From Eledone cirrhosa (taxonomy: Eukaryota), in the NCBI GenBank assembly GCA_964016885.1, contig OZ024749.1, positions 38,874,001 through 38,938,000 on the forward strand: DNA of 64,000 bases, given 5' to 3'. Below, piece after piece: positions 1 to 15,090 of this stretch. The stretch's first letter is position 1. Each line of letters opens with the position of its first letter. The notes beneath the pieces are model-generated. The model was given only the letters and a program-made list of their open reading frames with translations, was not told the origin of the DNA and ran no database searches. The translations under genes and the position numbers were made by a program.

Positions 1-6
1 TGGGTA

Positions 7-108
7 ATAGGAAAAAAGTCAAGACCCCGACAGCTGAACTCCGGCCGTTTCAACACCTAGATCCGAAATGGCTGGAGTTCAGCCGTCGGGGCCCTGACGC
101 TTTTCCTA
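7..108. repeat. Imperfect foldback of the GCCGTCGAAACGGC repeat family, next to (TA)n
   Basis: Arms of about 44 bp around a 13-nt loop; relatives at 30692-30886, 31215-31340, 53023-53095. Confidence 0.65.
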
Positions 109-124
109 TATATTTATGTGTATG

Positions 125-198
<74 letters not shown>

Positions 199-201
<3 letters not shown>

Positions 202-560
202 TCATCATCATCATCATCATCATTTTACGTCCGCTTTTCCCTGCTTGCAAGGGTGGAACGGGTCTTATTCAGCACAGCATCTTTCCACTTGTCACGGTCC
301 TTCGTCATCTCCACTGTGAGTTTCAGCGATCTGAGGTCTGCTCTCACCACCTCCGCCCATGTTTTTCGCGGTCTTCCTCTACCACGTCTTCCTTCAACTG
401 GCATTTCTTGGCACTTCTTCACCCATCGGTCATCCTCCATGTGCATCACATGTCTATACCATCGCAGTCTCCTTTCTCGCACACTACAATCTATCCCTCT
501 CAGACACAGTTTCTCTCTCAACACATCCATGCTCGGTCGTTCAAGCACATTCAGTTTGTA
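199..560 (-). mobile_element. RTE-like LINE 3' end fragment with (GAT)n tail
   Basis: RRLRWYRHVMHMEDDRWVKK...GRRGRGRPRKTW C-terminal motif; ends GGACGTAAAATGATGATG. Confidence 0.85.
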
Positions 561-1325
561 ACGTCTCCAAGCTTCTTTGGGGTACTGAAAAGGCTTGGAG
601 AAGTTAAAAGCGCCTACCTCATTAATGTATATACGTAATTACTCTACTACATGTATTAAGTTCAAACTTACCCTTTCATACAATTAATTTCATTAAAACA
701 AATATATAGATTAAGACTAATTGTTCTTTGGTGTAATTAATTCATTGTTCCATTAATTTACAATTCTCTACTTCATTATTTACTCATAAATCATTTAAAC
801 AAAATAGAAATAGTTTACATAGTTTTTCTGACTTGTCTTTAATTTGATACAACATAACATACAGGATTTTATTCAAGTTTAATAAATAAATGGTAATTAT
901 AGTTACCCTATTCAAAGGGTTGGTACCATGAAGGGTATCCGACTGTAAAATATTAACTTAGAAAAGCACGTCCTGTCATAAGGTCCACAAGGCTAAGCCC
1001 CAATTTTAGCAGGGAAAGTGGCCTTAAAACTCTTGTTTTCTATCCTGTCTCTATTAAAAAGAACTGTGTGTGCCTGTACACAGCTTTTCATTACTAAGTT
1101 ATACCTGTTACATATCCACAATTACATCATCATCATCGTTTAATGTCTGCTTTCCCTGTTAGCATGGTTTGGACTAGGACAGGAAATTGGATATCATGAA
1201 CAGGCATATGCACACACACGTATAATCCTGCAGTTTGTTTTAACCCTTTTGATACCAACCTACTCACAATCCCATTCAGGTGTGTAAAATTGAAATCTTT
1301 CAATATAATTTGTATATAAGAACCT

Positions 1326-1375
<50 letters not shown>

Positions 1376-1974
1376 CCAATATTCAAAAAGATTTTAAAAA
1401 TGGCCTCCAGGAAGAAAAATCTTTTTTTTTTTCCTCCAAAGCCCCATCCTTGATAATGGATTGTTAATCCGAAAAATTCTGGGAATATTAAATTGCTAAG
1501 GTAACTTTGTCGTTCTTCATTCTTCCTTTTATTTTGCTTTCTCTCTCAATTCCCTTCTGACTTACCTTGGCAATTTAAACCCACTTGTATTGTACAGCTT
1601 TCTAAACAGACTTTTCAATTTCATATATCATCATCATCGTTTTAACATTCGCTGTCCCTCCTCTTCTCCTCCATCTTTTTCTTCTTCTCCTTCTTCTCCT
1701 CCTCATCAATATCCTCCACCTCCTCATTATTATTGTAACTCGTGACACTAGGAGCTTCCTTTGTTAACGCTTCATCAACTGGATACATTTTAGTTTTTCC
1801 TGTGTTCTTGTGTTCTTCTGTTCTTTCCATTTATCAGCTTCAGTTTAGAATAGAAAAGATATCACCAAGCCTATTGGATGCCGTTTATTGAAAAACTTAA
1901 AAGGCCTAGAATTAGAATATTGGTTTAAAAACTGGTAGAAAGAATCTTGAAATGAATTTAGCAAGTTAATGATA

Positions 1975-2165
1975 ATAATAATTGTTTCTACTTTTGGCAC
2001 AAGGCCAGCAATTATCCCAGTGCATTACTGGTACTTTATTTTATCGACCCCATAAGGATGAAAGGCAAAGTTAACCTCGGTGGGATTTGAACTAAGACCG
2101 TAAAAGGACGTAACTCTATGCTGGAAAGCATGGTGTCTGACCCTCTACCAATACTGCTGATTCAA
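1975..2165 (-). mobile_element. tRNA-derived SINE (family 1)
   Basis: B-box GTTCAAATCC, central GCCTTTCATCCTT...GGTCGATAAAATAAAGTACCAG, (ATT)n tail; more than 12 copies or fragments in the window. Confidence 0.8.
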
Positions 2166-2720
2166 TAATAATAAATGTTTCTAACAGCAATTTGTGACAG
2201 AGGGGTAAGTCGATTAAATTAACCCTTGAAATCGACTGGTACTTTATTTTATTGAACCTGGAAGGATGAAAGGCAAAGTTGACCTCAGCAGGATTTGAAC
2301 TCAGTCTAAAGAATCAGAACAATCTAAAGAGCCTCACATCAGTATTCAATCTGAGAGTGGCTAGGTGCTCAGCTTGAATGAGCATATATTGCAAATCAGT
2401 TGAATAATAATTAATTACATGAAGACATTTCTATAAGATGGTAGAGTTCAATGAATTTTATGTCTTTATTTTTTTGTCTTTCTTTTGTTTTTGTTTCAAA
2501 ATCTAAAACTTGTTCTGAATTACTAAGTAGGAAAAAAAAAAAATGTGTCACACTGAAAATGATTTTTCTAAGCATTTTATATTCTATTAAAAAGAAACCC
2601 TTGATTTATTGACAGCACTCTCAGGTTTTCCTGGAATTCCTTTCTTCATTCTGCTTTCCTGATTAGATATTCATTTATGAATAGTTCATTATTTCTCTGC
2701 TTGGTTTTAATTTGTAAGAG

Positions 2721-2967
2721 TTAACCTTTTCATTACCATATTTCTAATGAAAGACAGTACCTATGGTTTTCAATTAATTCTGAAAATATAAAGGATTTAA
2801 TAATGTAATTAACTTTATCATTATTAAGCTGGTGTTTGGAGCATAACTTAAAGGTTCTTATATAATATTATAATGGAAGCTTTTTAATATAAAATCTTGA
2901 AAATGAATAATTTAGTGTTTATAGAACCAAGAGCAGTTTTAGGTGTGTTTGGTATCAACAGAGTTAA
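2721..2967. mobile_element. TTAA-flanked piggyBac-like MITE (family A)
   Basis: TTAACCTTTTCATTACC...GGTATCAACAGAGTTAA; related copies near 8510-8743, 11020, 18340, 51100-51666. Confidence 0.55.
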
Positions 2968-3869
2968 AGTTTGTTTTAGATTATATAGTAATCTGGAAGA
3001 AATTTAAAAAAAGGAAAAATGGAAATGAACTGATTGTCAGATCTAAGCAAAGAGACTGTGTTTCCATCAGTCTTTCCATTGCTCATATTAGCTGTTAATC
3101 ACCACTTCTGACGGAAGTGTTGCTGATTTTCTGGTGACAGGAAGTAGGATTTGAACTCAGAATGCTCAGAGCTGGAACTGATTCTTCAAAGCATTTGACT
3201 CTTTAACATTTCTGCCATTCTACCATCCCTATTTATTGATCTTAAAAGGATGAAAGGCAAAGATAACTTCAGCAGGATTTGAACACAGAATGCAGAGAAT
3301 CAGAACATATACCAAGGCATTTAATCTACTGCTCTAACAACTCTGACAATATGCCACCTAAGTTATACAGAAATCTGTAAGAAATGGTTTCTAATGTAGG
3401 CACTGAACTGGTTATTTGAGATGGAGGGGATCCTGTAGTTGACTGGTACTTTTTTATCTAGCAATTGAATAAATGAAAGGCCAAAGCTGATCTCAGTGAG
3501 ATTGAACTCATAATTTAAAGCTCTACAACTGAATACCACAAGACATTTTGTCGGGTGCCCTACTGATTCCGCCTATCAAAAGAATGGCTTATTTCACTGC
3601 TTGGTTGGGTTACATTTGCATGAGTTAAAAAACGTTAGTTGTTGTGTAGAAAGAAATGATGCTTTGAGTTAGTGTCTGTTCATTACTTTAATTTGACTTT
3701 CATCACACAAAAGTCTGGTTGTGTGAGGAATGTTTCACAACTGCCCTACAGACAGAAGAAAAAAAAATAAAACAAGGTATTGGTGTTAGTAGTGGCTGCT
3801 GCTGCTTGAATGGGAAGTATCAAAGAATAGGCAAACGAGGAAATAAGATACAGCATGTATATGAAGGGA

Positions 3870-4420
3870 AAGATGCTAAGTTTCTGGTAAAGAAATGTAG
3901 GGAGATTGTCGAGTCCAAGCTAGCTGATGAACAGTGTGGTTTTTGCCCCGGATACAGCACAGCTGACCAAATATTTATACTGTGGTAGGTCTTTGAGAAA
4001 TCAGGGGAGTACTGCCAAGTGGTGTATTCTTGCTTAGTAGACCACAAAAAAGGTATACGACTGCATTCCACGGGACCTGCTGTGGAAGGCTGTGCAGGAG
4101 TATGGGATCAATGGACAGCTTCTTGCTGTCCCGATGTCTCTATATGAATGCCTGATTATTTGCATTTGGATAAAGGGCGCTAAATCAAAACCATTCAGTA
4201 TGGGAGTTGAACTCTGCCAAGAGTGTGTACTGTCACCTCTCCAGTTCATAATCTTCATAAACATGATTGACATATGCTGCTGGGCTGGAAGTTATATCAA
4301 GGCTGGTGATTGTAGGATCAGTCAGCTAGAATTTGCAGACATGATGCTACTTAACTGATCAGAAGGTGATCTCTGACATGCACTTGATAGGTTTGATGCA
4401 GAGTGTTGCACAGTTTTTTC
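3870..4420 (+). mobile_element. Degenerate RTE-like LINE reverse transcriptase fragment
   Basis: EQCGFCPGYSTADQIF, K..YD.IPR, GV..CQECVLSPLQF, FAD motifs with stops and frameshifts. Confidence 0.8.
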
Positions 4421-5099
4421 TTCTCCCTATTTTTGCTGAGGCTGGGTGTGTGATGTTTGTTGATCACAACCTTAAAAATTGATAGTGAAAGGTCTTCAAA
4501 ATGTTTTTCATAAACATCCTGTATATTATTCAATATACAATATGTACATTCATACATATATATATATGTGTGTGTGTGTGTGTAAGACATGGTTACCTGA
4601 CCTGATTTGCCTCAAACAGAACAACCCATCTAACCCACGCTAGCATGGAAAATGGAGGTTAAATGATGATGATGATGATGATGATATCTATATGTATATA
4701 CATGTATGTGTGTGTGTAATATACTTTTAACAAACTATATTGAATTATGCGTGCATTTAAAAGGGTCAGCAGTTGGGCTAGAGTGTAGGCAGATGAATAT
4801 ATTTGTAGGTGTTAGTTTCAATGGTGTGTCTATTGATTTGTTGAGAGATCTCATAGATTTAGAGGAGGCCATTGAAAATGTTTTGACCAAGTGAGGTGGT
4901 GCTGGTGGAGGAGTGGTGTGGAGTGGAGGTGAGGGATATAAAGACCAGAACAGGAATAAAATAAAATAGAAAGCATGAATGTTTGGAATAAAACATAATT
5001 TGTAAAAAGTCAGCCCTAGGACTGGTTCATTATTATGCCATGTTGCACCAAACAATTAGGTTCCTTCCTCTAGCTCATGATGAATAAAGCAATCAATAA

Positions 5100-5820
5100 A
5101 CAACAATAACAGCAACAATGAATATTACATCTACAACAATTACAACAACAAAAACTACAACTGCTGCTGCTACTACTACTACTACAACAACAACAACAGT
5201 AACTAATATAACAGAAGCTACAGCAATAACAACAGCACTACTGCCAACAACAATAGTAACTAATACAGCAACAACTACAATGACACCACCAGCACCATGG
5301 ACATTAACAACACCACCAACAACAACAGCAACAACAATAAAAAATAAATCCCTGACAACAAAACCTGAAAATATAAGTCCATGTCAATCATATATTAACT
5401 GTTAAATTGTGGTGGTGGCCATAATGGCGGTGGTGGAGGTGGTAATGGTGGTTGTGTTGTGGAGGTGGCAATGGTGGTTATGTTGTGGAGGTGGTTATGT
5501 GGTGGTGGCCATAATGGTGATTGTGGAGGTGGTAATGGTGGGGTTGTGTTGTGGAGGTGGCAATGGTCATTATGTGGTGGTAATGGTGGTTGTGTTGTGG
5601 AGGTGGCAATGGTGGTGGCCATAATGGTGGTTGTGGAGGTGGTAATGGTGGGGTTCTGTTGTGGAGGTGGTAATGGTGGGGTTGTGTTGTGGAGGTGGTA
5701 ATGGTGGGGTTGTGTTGTGGAGGTGGCAATGGTGGTTATGTGTTGGAGGTGGTAATGGTGGTTGTGTTGTGGAGGTGGTAATGGTGGTTATGTGGTGGAG
5801 GTGGTAATGGTGGTTGTTTT
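5100..5820. repeat. (ACA/ACT)n tract followed by a G-rich ~26-30 bp minisatellite
   Basis: Repeating GGAGGTGGTAATGGTGGTTGTGTTGT units. Confidence 0.85.
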
Positions 5821-7813
5821 GTGGACTGGCTATTTCAGTACTACTTCCTTGCTATCCTCTTCCAAAGGTGACACATTTGCAATTCTATTAGCTAAACACT
5901 TTTCCTAATGCTAACTACTTTACAGCGTGGTGAGTGTATTTTAATGTTGCACAGACACTGACATTATGTACTCAGTGAATCTGAAAGGGTTCCTGTAAAC
6001 TCTACATTGTCTCTGTTTGATCACTGATCAGTTTACACAGTGTATTGGGTGTATTTTATCTCTGAGCATATTCCACTGAAAGTTTAAACACAGGTTTCTT
6101 TTCATTTAAAAGCAGATTTCTCTTCAACCAAGCATGATGACTAAAAATTTTTGTTTTTATCCCATGAATCAGCAAGAATCAACACACATACACACACAAT
6201 TTTAAAGCACTTTAATTTGTTAATGAGAATAATTATTTTTTCTTTATATTCTTGCAAATGTGATTCAGTGTTGGTTCCATGTTAAATGATCCTAATTCTG
6301 TTGTTGCTTCGTGGCAAAAGTTGCCATTTTTATTTATTTATTTATTTATTTATTTTCATTTTTTTTTAAACCAAGGAATCAAAATACGGAAGTGATCTTA
6401 AATGGAATTAATTTGATTTCAATACATTTCAAAGAATCCTGTAATTGGAAACATTAAGCACACTATTTCAACATTTTCTGGGAGTTTGTTTCAATTCTTT
6501 ATCATCTTGGCTGGTGGTTTGACAGTAGATATCTGTGTGTGATTAGTTTCTGAAATTAATGAATGGTAGTATAATTAGTGTAATTTACTCAAATTAGGTT
6601 TGGATTTTCAACTTTGAATTATTGATTGGATATTAATTAGTGGAGGATCAACAACCAGCATTGATTGATATTTTTTATTTTTATTTTTTTATTTATAACG
6701 TTAGTTTCTGCATATGTCGGTGTATGTGTCTGTGATTGGTAATGAGTCAGGTGAGCTGGGACCATCTCATGTTTCCTAATTGTTTTAAAATACAATCTAA
6801 TGATGATGATGATGGTAGAGACTAAGTTTAATGTTACAGTAATGTAATCCTTGCAGACACAGGAAGGGATTTTGTTTTGGTTTTTTTTTGGGGGGGGGGG
6901 GGGGGGGGGGTTTCCTAAACAAGAAATAAAACCATACTTGTGTCAGCAAATTGGCAGAGTCACGAGAACATCAGATAGAATGCTTTGAGGTATTTGTTCC
7001 GACTCTGCTTTCTGAGTTCAAATCTCACCGAGGTTAAATTTGCCTTTCATCCATTTAAGGTTGATATAAAAAGGTATGAGTCTAGTATTGGGAGCGATTC
7101 TTCCTCTATATATCTTTCTCATTTCCTTTCTGTCACTCTCTCTCCTTCTCTGGAAGAAATCTTCTGTATTCAAACCTGGAGAGGAAATGGGCTCCACCAG
7201 GTTTAAAAAAAGAGAATAACCTAGAAATGCCATATGCCAATATGGTGGCCCTAAAACTTCCCTAGGTGTTAGGGTAAAGTGGTTGATCTTAAGAAGGGCA
7301 TCCAGCTGTAGGAATTAAACCAGTCTAGAATATATGAGAAGGAATGGTTTTATGACCTGTCTGGTGTGAGAATGTTACAACCTGTCCAACCCATGCCAGC
7401 ATGGAAAACAGATGTAAAAATAAAAATGGTGGTCATGGTAATGGTGATGGAGGTGGTGGTGGTGGTGGTGGCGGCTTTGAATTATTTTAAATTTGGAATG
7501 TGTTATAAAAATATCTCCAGCTGGTCGATAAATATATTTTATTTTTGTCTTTGACAATGTTTTGGTGCTACTGTAAGGAATATTTGAAACATGTTACCAT
7601 TATATGAGACAACATCTGGTTGGTTTTGGTTCCTGTGTGTTTAACTTCATCAGTTATTGAGTAGAATCACTCACCTTACACAGGTGATGTAATAGGTGGT
7701 GGTGGAAATAGTAGTAGTAGTAGTAATTCTGGGGGTTGTGGCAGTAGTATTTATACTCCTTGTTAGAATAAGTCCCCAGAATAAAGGAGTGAGAGAACAT
7801 GAGGTGAATTTGA

Positions 7814-7853
<40 letters not shown>

Positions 7854-8312
7854 GATGATAATGATAATAAATTTGTTGCAGGTGAGTGGTTGGTTTGTTG
7901 TGTGAAGGAAGGAGGGCAGGTAGGGAATCACTAAGAAACATAATCCAGTGAAATAAGGTTTGTTGACATTTTGGGGAAATAATCAGCAGTGGGATATAAA
8001 AGTGAGGGATGGCAGGGTGTAGGGGAGATGAGGTATGGAATCAACAAATTTAATCTTATTACCACTTATGAAAGATAATACCAATCGTTTTCAATAAATT
8101 TTGAAAATAATCAAGAATGTTTTGAGAGTGGATTTTGTAATATTACTCATTTTCTCATTGTTAAGCGGCTGTTTGAAACATAACTTAACGAAGGTCTTTA
8201 CATAAACAGATGATGGTAGGTTTTTAGATAAATAATATAAACACTTTAAAATAAATAGCATCATATCATAGAACAAACCCTATCTGAGACAATTGCTGTT
8301 AAAATATTCAAC

Positions 8313-8489
8313 TACCGTATTTCCTGGCGTCGAAGGCACTACCTTTTTCCTAAAATAAATCTCAAAAATCTACCATGCGTCCTTGAGGCCGAAGGTTGTT
8401 TATCTTTTTCTTTTTTGTCAAACTTTTGGTTGTCAAAATTAGGGTGCATCCTCGAGGACAAAGAGTCTTCGGCACCGAGAAATACGGTA
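8313..8489. mobile_element. Tc1/pogo-type MITE
   Basis: TIRs TACCGTATTTC...GAAATACGGTA with TA ends. Confidence 0.7.
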
Positions 8490-11400
8490 TTTATTTAAAT
8501 CTTAAACTGTTAAACCTTCCATTTACCACAACTTTAATGACATACCTAGCATTTTAATTAATTCATCAAGAATTTAAAAGGATTATTAATTATTTTATTA
8601 AGATAGTATTTGTAACATAACAAAAGATTCTTATATAAAATTATGCTGGGAAATTTTTCTTCAGTTATAAACCATTTAAACTGTTTTTTTTTTGTCATGA
8701 AACCAGAGGTGGTTTAGGGCTGGTTGGTATTGCAAGTGTTAAATAAGGAATTTACCAAACGTTTTGGCATGAAACTATTTACCAAAGCAATTACTATCAT
8801 CCTGCAATGCTGTTACCCATTTCTCCAAATGAAGTTTATAACTAATTAATGTGATCTCATTATGTTAACACCACATCTCTAAAGTTTATTACTAATTAAT
8901 ACACTGTTATTTTATCAGCTTTATAACTTATCGCTTAACCCATTTATGTTCTGATGTACAGTAACGATTGATCATTTCAGTTGTAACGAGCATGTATGAA
9001 TGTGGTTTCTCTGGAAGGTGGACTGGAGCAACACAAAATAAGTGTCTTGCTCAAGGACACAATGCTGCTGTATCTCTGTTTTGTCAGTTCCTTGAACTCT
9101 ATATATATTCACTCATACATATATATATATAACCAAGTGTTGTTTCTATAACTGAAAGCTAATCTCTGTGTATGTATGCATGTGTGTATGTTTACATCTG
9201 TCCATTTTAATTAATATATAGTATATAATTAAGCAAGTTTGAAAAATGTATATATTTGTAATGAGTCAGTATCTTATTAATTAATCCAAGTAACTAATAA
9301 TGGAATTATATTTACATGCAATAAAGCTATATATAAGATCAGTTTCAATCATCTTTGTAGAAATAAGTAACAGAGTAAACTTTGATATAGACATCCCAGG
9401 GCCATGTATTGGTGTTAGTGTTAAACTGTAGGGGTGGGTGTTGAGTCTATCATCCAAGCAAGTGATAGCAGAATGTGAGCTTAAAGCATAAAAACCAACA
9501 AATACTTCAAAATTATTTAAAAACCATAGATTGTGTCTTTCATTGGAAATATAGTAATGAAAGAGTGAAAGTGTTTATATATTCATGTAGAAAAACCTAC
9601 CATCATAATTTTATTTAAGAACCTTGGTTAAGTTATGTTCAAAACAGTAGCTTGATAATGAGAAAGTTAGTTATATTACTTAATCCCTCTTCACTCTTAA
9701 TTATTTTCAAAATGAAATTTTGGAATCCAAACAGTCTGAATACAGCATATTTTTTCCAGAGAAGAATAGAGAGAGAGAGAGAGAGAGAGAGAATGTAAGT
9801 AAGAAAGAGATATAAAGGAGGAGTCAGCCTCAGTACTAGACTGGTACTTTTTTTTATCAACCTCCCTCAAATAGATGAAAGGCAAAGTTGATCTCAGGGA
9901 GATTTGAACTAAGATAGCAGAGAGCCAAAATGAATATTGTAAAACATTCTACCTGACATTCTAATGACTCTGACAACTTGCCACCATACTGTACAATAGA
10001 GTAACACTATACCAAGATATTCCAGTCCTTCAACTCATACTAATAAACTAATTGTTATTGTGCCTAATTTCAATTAGTATGTTATATTAATGAGCCAACC
10101 TGATTAGTGTTTTTGATTTATTGAAAATAATTTGTTAAGAGTCTATGAAATCAGGGTTTGTTGCCAGCTTGGTTACTTCACACCATCCCCACTTTTGTAC
10201 TGCTTATTTCAGGTGAAATTATTATTGTTGTTGTTGTTGTTGATTATCATGATTGTTATTATGGCGAAAGAGGTGGCTGAGGCTGAAGAAAACTGAAGAC
10301 CGACATGTTCTTCTTCAGCCAAGCCCTTATCAACTTTTTCAAGTTTCACTTTGAAATATGATGGTGGGGAGTGAAGTCCTGCCTTCCAATATATATATAT
10401 ATATGTTATAAGCTGGGTGAATGTAGCAAGAATAGCCTGAGTAAATGAGCCTAGTGCAAGCCAGTAAATATATGGTAAAATGATGGGTGAATGTAACCTA
10501 TTCTAACCCAGAGTTGAGTGGGACATAGACTTAATAGGCCATCAGTTGAGTAGGACTTGGAGTTAGTTGGTGATAGGATTGAGTGGGACATGGAGTTAGT
10601 AGTCCAGAGGGTTGAGTGGGTCATGGAGTTGGTTGGAAAAAAAAATGTTTTCATACAGTCACATGATTGGCCAATAATCATCTTAAAAGACAAAGTAATA
10701 TTAAAAAAAACTTGTAATGTTATGTTGTTGAAAGAAGAGAGCCAGTGTGTAGACAAGATGGCTACTGTGTAGAATAAGTTGGAAGATTAAATGTCTGCTG
10801 CTCCCAAAAGTGTGGACAACTGTTCCACACCACACAGCTTTATACAGATGATCAAATCAAACGTTTACTTTGGCTGTGTGCCTGGAGATCTAATGAGCTA
10901 GCTTATCTGTCAGAGCCAACATGCTGTCTCCATTTCAATAGCATAAGAGGTCATCTTATTAAACAAGTCATAATATTTAATATTCTCATGCAGTAATGCT
11001 TTCCAGACCTATAACACATTTAACCCTTTTGATATCAAACCACCTGAAACCACCTCTGATTCTATGATACAAAATTGTTTGTTTTAAAGGGTTTATATTT
11101 ATCTAAAAAATCTTCCATCATAATTTTACATGAGGATCTTTTTTAAGTTATGTCCCAAACACCAGCTTAATAATCCTAGCAATTTATTTATTTTCACAGT
11201 TATTTGAAAATGATAAGCAGTTAGTGTAGGTGACATGACAAAAAGCGCCCAGCCCACACTGTAATGTGGTCATGTAGGTGTCACAATAAAAGGCACTCAG
11301 CCCACACTGTAAATATGGTTGGTGTTAGGAAGGGCATCCATCCATAGAAACCAAGCCAAATCCATTCTTGTATGAGCAAGTCATGGTCATCAAACCTGGC

Positions 11401-11629
11401 TTGTCTCACAACAGGGCAACTCATCTAACCCATGCTAGTGTGGAAAATGGACGTTAAATGGTGTTGATGGTAATGAAGTTACTAGTTATAAAACTAATAT
11501 TGTTATACAGTAATGTGTAATATAAAACAAATATTGTTAAGCAATAATGTGTAATGGCTCCAACAGACATACAACCTGTAACTGATGTAACTCTACCAAT
11601 TGTCCTGTAGGTGGATCCTTCCTCTGAAT

Positions 11630-11675
<46 letters not shown>

Positions 11676-11676
11676 T

Positions 11677-11862
11677 TGTGGATTGGCAGTATTGGTAGAG
11701 GGTCGGACGCCATGCTTTCCAGCATAGTTACGTCCCTTTACAATCTGAGTTCAAATCCCGCCGAGGTTGACTTTGCCTTTCATCCTTACGGGGTCGATAA
11801 AATAAAGTACCAGTAATGCACTGGGTAATTGCTGGTCTTGTGCCTAAAGTAGAAGCAATTAT
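11677..11862 (+). mobile_element. tRNA-derived SINE (family 1)
   Basis: A-box TGGCAGTATTGG, B-box GAGTTCAAATCCC, conserved centre. Confidence 0.85.
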
Positions 11863-11873
11863 CATCAACATCA

Positions 11874-11919
<46 letters not shown>

Positions 11920-12232
11920 CACACATATGTATACTTTGCACATAAAACCTGCTTCACATACATTCTTCATTATATGCTTACCAATGTCCAATACTTGATA
12001 CTGTGTGTATTCTTGAAATTTGTATTTGGTTAAATTCTACCCCTTTTTATAATTCCTGATGATATGCAGATGTTATATGTATTATGTTTTATGTAAATAC
12101 TTGTTAATTAACTGTCTCTGATTAACTTATTGTTTGAATATGCATATATCATTATCACCTGTATAGAACAAACAGAGAAATTAAAAAATAGATTTAAGTT
12201 GTTAAACTTGGTTTTTCTTCATTTCATTTTAA

Positions 12233-12270
<38 letters not shown>

Positions 12271-12350
12271 GCAAACACACAACTATATACATATATTTAT
12301 TTTATTATTATTTCTGGCAATATTATAACAATGTGACCCTCCCCAAGTAT

Positions 12351-12383
<33 letters not shown>

Positions 12384-12530
12384 CAAACATATATATCTAC
12401 ATATATAAACACACACATATACATGTATATATATTTAAACATTATTTATATATATGTCCAACCCATCTGACCTTGCAAAAACAGATGCCAAACAATTATT
12501 ATGTCAATATATATCTATATATTAAATATC

Positions 12531-12573
<43 letters not shown>

Positions 12574-12904
12574 AATGGGTGTATGGAAATATGTACATTA
12601 TATTTTTAAAATATTGTGGTTTTATGCTACAAAAAAAAACAACCAACAATCTCATGTCTATATTTGATTTTTATATATAGATGAAAGGGAGAATGTTAGA
12701 CTTTTGAACTGGTTCCATGAGGAATGAAGCAGGAGAGGTAGAGATATTTGAGGAAAACAAATAATACCACATTTAGTTGTCTTCTTCATATAGTGGAGCA
12801 ACAACTGACTAGATCAATATCTTTTGTGTCCAGATTAGTTTTACATTAGTTCGATAAAACTGACAATCTTAATAGAATATGATGAAGTAAGGCTGAATAT
12901 ATAT

Positions 12905-12975
<71 letters not shown>

Positions 12976-13047
12976 CATCATATATATTTATGTGTGTCTG
13001 TATCATCATTGTTTTATGTCTCTTTTCCATGCTGTCATGGACATATC

Positions 13048-13440
13048 AATCATCATTTCGTTTCATTTTACGTCCCCTTTTCCCTGCTTGCAAGGGTGGG
13101 GCGGGAACTGATTCTGGCTTGATTTCTACAGCTGGATGCCCTTCCTAACACCAACCTCATTTACAGTGAGTGCTGGGTGCTTTTTTTCCGTGGCGCCTAC
13201 ACGTCCACTTTACAGCGAGTGATGGGTGCTTTTTTGCCGTGGCACCTCCACGACTACTTTGCAGTGGAATGATAGGGACCCCCAAGTCCCTATCATCTCA
13301 TTTCTACAGCTGAGTAAACTGGAGCAATGTGAAATAAAGTGTCTTGCTCAAGGAAACAACACATCACCCGGTCTGAGAATTGAACTCACAACCTTTCGAT
13401 TGCAAGGCCAATGCTTTAACCACTAAGCCATGTGCCTCCA
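13048..13440 (-). mobile_element. tRNA-derived composite SINE (family 2)
   Basis: tRNA head (TGGCTTAGTGG, GAGTTCAATTC), CORE-like CCTTGAGCAAGACACTT, GGAAGGGCATCCAGC block, LINE-like tail. Confidence 0.8.
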
Positions 13441-13539
13441 TAACATTATATATATATATATTGTCATCCTCATTATTGTAGTTTTACATCCATGTTTTCA
13501 TGGGTTGGACTGGTCTTTCCCAGCAAACTATCTCTCAAC

Positions 13540-13580
<41 letters not shown>

Positions 13581-14486
13581 CTGTTGAAACAGCAAGAGCT
13601 CAGATGTTGGGGTGCTGACTCTTTATAATATATCTATATGTATATATAGCTTCCCTTACAATAACAGCAGTGATAACCACCTCCTCTGCTGTCAATAGAT
13701 GGGAAGACTAAATTTAATAGCCAACATTCACCCAATATAGACACGCATGCACATATACACATATACATACATACACAAACACATATACACACAACAGAGC
13801 TTGGAAACACTGTGAAAAATATATATAATGGGAAAATTAATGTAAAGTGGTGGTGGGGGGGGGGGGATATGAGAGGGAGAAGGAGAGATAGAATATGGTG
13901 AGATATAGTGGGAGGGAAGAGGTGAGAGAGGAAAGATATATGATGTATAGAGGGGAAGGAGAGAGAGAGCGATAGAGGGACAGAATACAATAGGAGAGAG
14001 AGAAAGAAGGACAGATATATATAATGGGAGAGAGAGAGAGAGAGAGAGAGGAAAGGTATATAATGTATAGGAGGGAGAGAGAGAGAAAATATATATTGGG
14101 AAGATTATTGTATCACTAACATGGTGCTTCAAGCAAACTACAACACTCTCTTACATAATGGAGAGTTATTTTAGAAGAGAGGGTACATGAACAAGGTTTT
14201 ATATCAATGTGATAGAGAGAGAGACTCTTATGTGTGTGAAGGAGAGAATCTGTATGTGTGAGAGAGAGACTCTTATGTGTGTGAGGGAGAGAATCTATGT
14301 GTGAGAAGGAGAGAGACTGTGTGTGTGAGAGAGATATAACTGTTGTAGCAGCTGAGACCTTTGATTAAAGTTGAAACAATGAAAAGATCCAGAATTAGAA
14401 AAAAACAAAACTTAGTCTTTTCTATGGGTATTTGTGTGTGTGTATGTATGTATGTATATATATATATATATATATATGTATGTCTC

Positions 14487-15090
14487 AGGTCACCAGTTGG
14501 TGCTACTGGTAACATGTATCCCAGTACAACTTGTCTCATGGTCGGGTCGTTGGCGACTAAACTGGCAACCCCACCAAGGTTTCTTGGTGAGGAGGGTGGC
14601 TTTGGACATCCTGCAGGACTAAAAACAAAACCTGTCAAAGGGCAAAGGGGCTCTTAAGAGTCAATAGCCATCCAAAATCACCGGGAGAGATGACCCCTTA
14701 GCCTTTGTCAAGGCAGAATTCTAGGAGAAGGAAAACTCTGATATAACACCTGCAACCCTGATGGTATCCAATGATGTTGACTTGTTCTTCTCTTTGGTAA
14801 ATATCATCTTGGTTGAGAGAGAGGGACTGGCTTTGTGCAGTGCCTTTGCTCACTATAAAAGCTTCACGGCACAGGCATTACTTTATATCTGGAGATCTCT
14901 GCACTTGTCGTCACATGGTACCATGGGCCCAGCACTATGTGTCAATAATTGTCACAAGTGTAGTGTTTGTACCAGAGTTTTCAAGTCGCTGGCTGGACTA
15001 AAAAGTCACACTCGTTCAGCGCATCGGTAGGGGTTCTCCTATATGGATATAAAGTAGTGGCCGTACTCGAAAATGAGTTGGCAGCCACCA
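14487..15090 (+). mobile_element. Non-autonomous RTE-related element with C2H2 zinc-finger remnant
   Basis: CSVCTRVFKSLAGLKSHTRSAH near the 3' end; head shared with 33133-33275; flanked by (TA)n. Confidence 0.5.

Noticed and set aside
5118-5405. Thr-rich mucin-like ORF
   Set aside because: (ACA/ACT)n low-complexity tract with no splice or domain support
10301-10320. CTGAAGA motifs inside a small GGCTGAAGAA/TTCTTCAGCC hairpin (about 10281-10320)
   Set aside because: No GAAA box or stem II
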